Shown here: positions 62,462 through 64,000 of the stretch, one piece after another
Numbering within the stretch: position 1 is the stretch's first letter
How the letters are laid out: each line of letters opens with the position of its first letter
DNA from: Shigella phage JK32
Strand: one strand, 5' to 3'
Sequence record: MK962753.1
DNA length: 64,000 bases
Notes under the pieces: model-generated
What the model saw: only the letters and a program-made list of their open reading frames with translations
Database searches by the model: none
What the model was told of the DNA's origin: nothing
Made by a program: the position numbers and the translations under genes

Positions 62462-62788
62462 TTATTGTTCTACAGTATAGCCGTTGTTTTCAAGCCATGC
62501 AATAACAATCTTTTCACCAATTTCATCGAGCATTTCATCAGCGCCATATTCTTTAATGAAAGTCGATGGATCATTATTGCTTACTACGTGCTGGATCACA
62601 ACATGTTCAGGGATTGCATCTAACAGTTCGCTATGATCATACTCATTAACGATATCTTCAACACTAACATTATTAACCAAATCAACATCATCCATAGTCA
62701 CAGTAACGCGACCGGACGGACGAAGTGAATATTGGCTACTTTCAACTTCAACATGTGCACTTTCGCAAGTAACTTTCATATCAACCAT
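62462..62788 (-). CDS. hypothetical acidic protein (108 aa)
   Basis: SD GAGGAA. Confidence 0.55.
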   Translation of the reverse strand: MVDMKVTCESAHVEVESSQYSLRPSGRVTVTMDDVDLVNNVSVEDIVNEYDHSELLDAIPEHVVIQHVVSNNDPSTFIKEYGADEMLDEIGEKIVIAWLENNGYTVEQ

Positions 62789-62802
62789 AATTAATTCCTC
62801 TG

Positions 62803-63795
62803 TTAGTAATGGCTAAACCCTTCGGTTACATCTTCAACCACATAGTAACGATGACAGCGCATTTTGGCATTCGCATAATCTTTCGGGATACTTACAACGT
62901 GACGCGGATCAACTTTGCATTTAATGATTCGTCCTCGTCCACCGCCATAGTGCGGAATATAGTGTTTCGCTGCAACATGGAGGCCATTAGAGCAAGTGCG
63001 ATCATCATCTGGGTCCACGTCTTTACGCTTCATTTTAACCGTGCGCCCTGGGCTATTATCAAACGTATGCGTAAAGAAATCTTTATAATCAACATCAACA
63101 CGTTTCCATGCATAGAAACAACCATCTTCCCCGATCTCAATGTCGTTGTGCTCTAAGAAGTCAAACAGACGATCTACCGCCTTACGGCTAGGGTTTTTCT
63201 TGCACTTCTCAAAGAAGTTCAGATAGTGCGTATATGGCTTATTCTCTTTAATCGACTCCACAACTCGACGAGTCAGATTATTATCAAGAACAATATTATG
63301 ATAATACACAATACCATTTTCGATACGGAAAGCACCGTGATAATATACTTCAACCGCTTTCTTAATGTCAATCAGCGTAATTGCTTTAATGAAATCATTC
63401 TGCTTAACCGCTTCCAGTGCTTCATTAAAGTTAACATGTGATGGATCAGCAGTATAAACAATGTCACCGCATGTAATAGTAATAAATTTAGATGAGGCTA
63501 TTGCTACGATTTTTGAGGAAGTAGTCACGGGCTTTTTTGCGCGTTCACCGCCTTTTCCTTTACTGGTTTTACGGCGTGCTTTACGTTTTTCTAGTGCCTT
63601 GCGGCCTTCCGCTACTGCGTCTTTCTGAATCAGTAATACACGGGAAGCAGTACGACGAGATACACCAAATGCTGCCGCAAGTGCTTCGCGGGTAGTAAAC
63701 TTACCTTCGCCCCACTGTTTAGCCAGTTTGATTTGTTTCGCAGAATCCAGGCATTGAACGTTACGGTCAGAGATGGTGATTTTTGCTTTAGTCAT
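62803..63795 (-). CDS. rIIB: rIIB lysis-inhibition / membrane integrity protein
   Basis: C-terminal two-thirds matches remembered T4 rIIB (SRKAVDRLFDFL, FYAWK, FDNSPG, CSNGLHV, VVEDVTE); N-terminal HTH; ATG at 63795 preferred (SD AGAGGAA), track start 63804. Confidence 0.8.
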   Translation of the reverse strand: MTKAKITISDRNVQCLDSAKQIKLAKQWGEGKFTTREALAAAFGVSRRTASRVLLIQKDAVAEGRKALEKRKARRKTSKGKGGERAKKPVTTSSKIVAIASSKFITITCGDIVYTADPSHVNFNEALEAVKQNDFIKAITLIDIKKAVEVYYHGAFRIENGIVYYHNIVLDNNLTRRVVESIKENKPYTHYLNFFEKCKKNPSRKAVDRLFDFLEHNDIEIGEDGCFYAWKRVDVDYKDFFTHTFDNSPGRTVKMKRKDVDPDDDRTCSNGLHVAAKHYIPHYGGGRGRIIKCKVDPRHVVSIPKDYANAKMRCHRYYVVEDVTEGFSHY

Positions 63796-63845
63796 AGTAT
63801 TCATTCCTCTATTAGTTGGGCGACTATCGCCGCCCGATTCACATC

Positions 63846-63874
63846 ATTATACCAGAATTATTTTTCTTCGACAA
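63846..63874 (-). promoter_or_regulatory. candidate sigma70 promoter with extended -10 upstream of rIIB
   Basis: TGGTATAAT extended -10 with TTGTCG 17 nt upstream; hairpin GGGCGGCGATAGTCGCCC in the leader. Confidence 0.4.
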
Positions 63875-63989
63875 CCTTGCGGATTGTGCGGTCTGATACA
63901 TTATAGATTCGTGCCAGTTCGCCTTTAGTCAAGCCGCGAGCGTATTGTTTACGGATGGTTTCTTTCTGGATAGCGGTCAGTTTAGTCAT
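63858..63989 (-). CDS. 43-aa helix-turn-helix mini-protein upstream of rIIB
   Basis: Hand-translated MTKLTAIQKETIRKQYARGLTKGELARIYNVSDRTIRKVVEEK; strong SD GAGGTGA; frame is open upstream so could be part of a longer ORF beyond the window. Confidence 0.4.
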   Translation of the reverse strand: MTKLTAIQKETIRKQYARGLTKGELARIYNVSDRTIRKVVEEK

Positions 63990-64000
63990 AATATCACCTC

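Noticed and set aside
1-64000. tRNA or other structured RNA genes, integrase or lysogeny module
   Set aside because: Intergenic regions are mostly under 80 bp and occupied by promoters and terminators; no cloverleaf-capable ~75-nt segment or integrase/repressor-like ORF was seen. A proper tRNA scan was not possible.

Overview
This window reads as a contiguous segment of a T4-like (Tevenvirinae-type) myovirus genome, running from a Hoc-like capsid decoration gene (partial, at the window start) to rIIB. All calls rest on reading the six-frame track and the sequence by eye against remembered T4 protein sequences, motifs and gene order; no database search or alignment was run. Conserved core: uvsW, uvsY, baseplate genes 25-26-51-27-28-29-48-54, alt, DNA ligase (30), gp31, cd, pseT, rnlA, denA, nrdB, nrdA, td, frd, 32, 59, 33, dsbA, rnh, long tail fibre genes 34-35-36-37, holin t, topoisomerase subunit 52 and rIIB. 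Between these lie plastic regions packed with small minus-strand ORFs, many below the 60-aa cutoff of the supplied track, each typically preceded by a sigma70-type early promoter (TTGACA, 17 nt, TATAAT-like) that carries a stem-loop-forming inverted repeat, and followed by a hairpin terminator. The most notable accessory content is: a tandem array of six diverged paralogs with an HxHW ... V-A-hDV signature (20.3-23.8 kb); a one-promoter operon encoding a truncated C5-methyltransferase-like protein, a zinc-ribbon protein and a DUF262/ParB-like protein; a second ADP-ribosyltransferase paralog coupled to a lipoprotein next to alt; a NADAR-like protein and an HNH nuclease overlapping the ligase gene; two paralogous zinc-ribbon-repeat proteins with a GIY-YIG/T5orf172-like C-terminus at separate loci; a thymidylate synthase with a ~120-aa internal insertion; and a gp37 whose C-terminus looks like a self-cleaving intramolecular chaperone domain, with no gp38-sized gene present. 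No tRNA, rRNA, CRISPR array or integrase was found. Coordinates of promoters, terminators and sub-60-aa ORFs were placed by hand and may be off by 1-3 nt.
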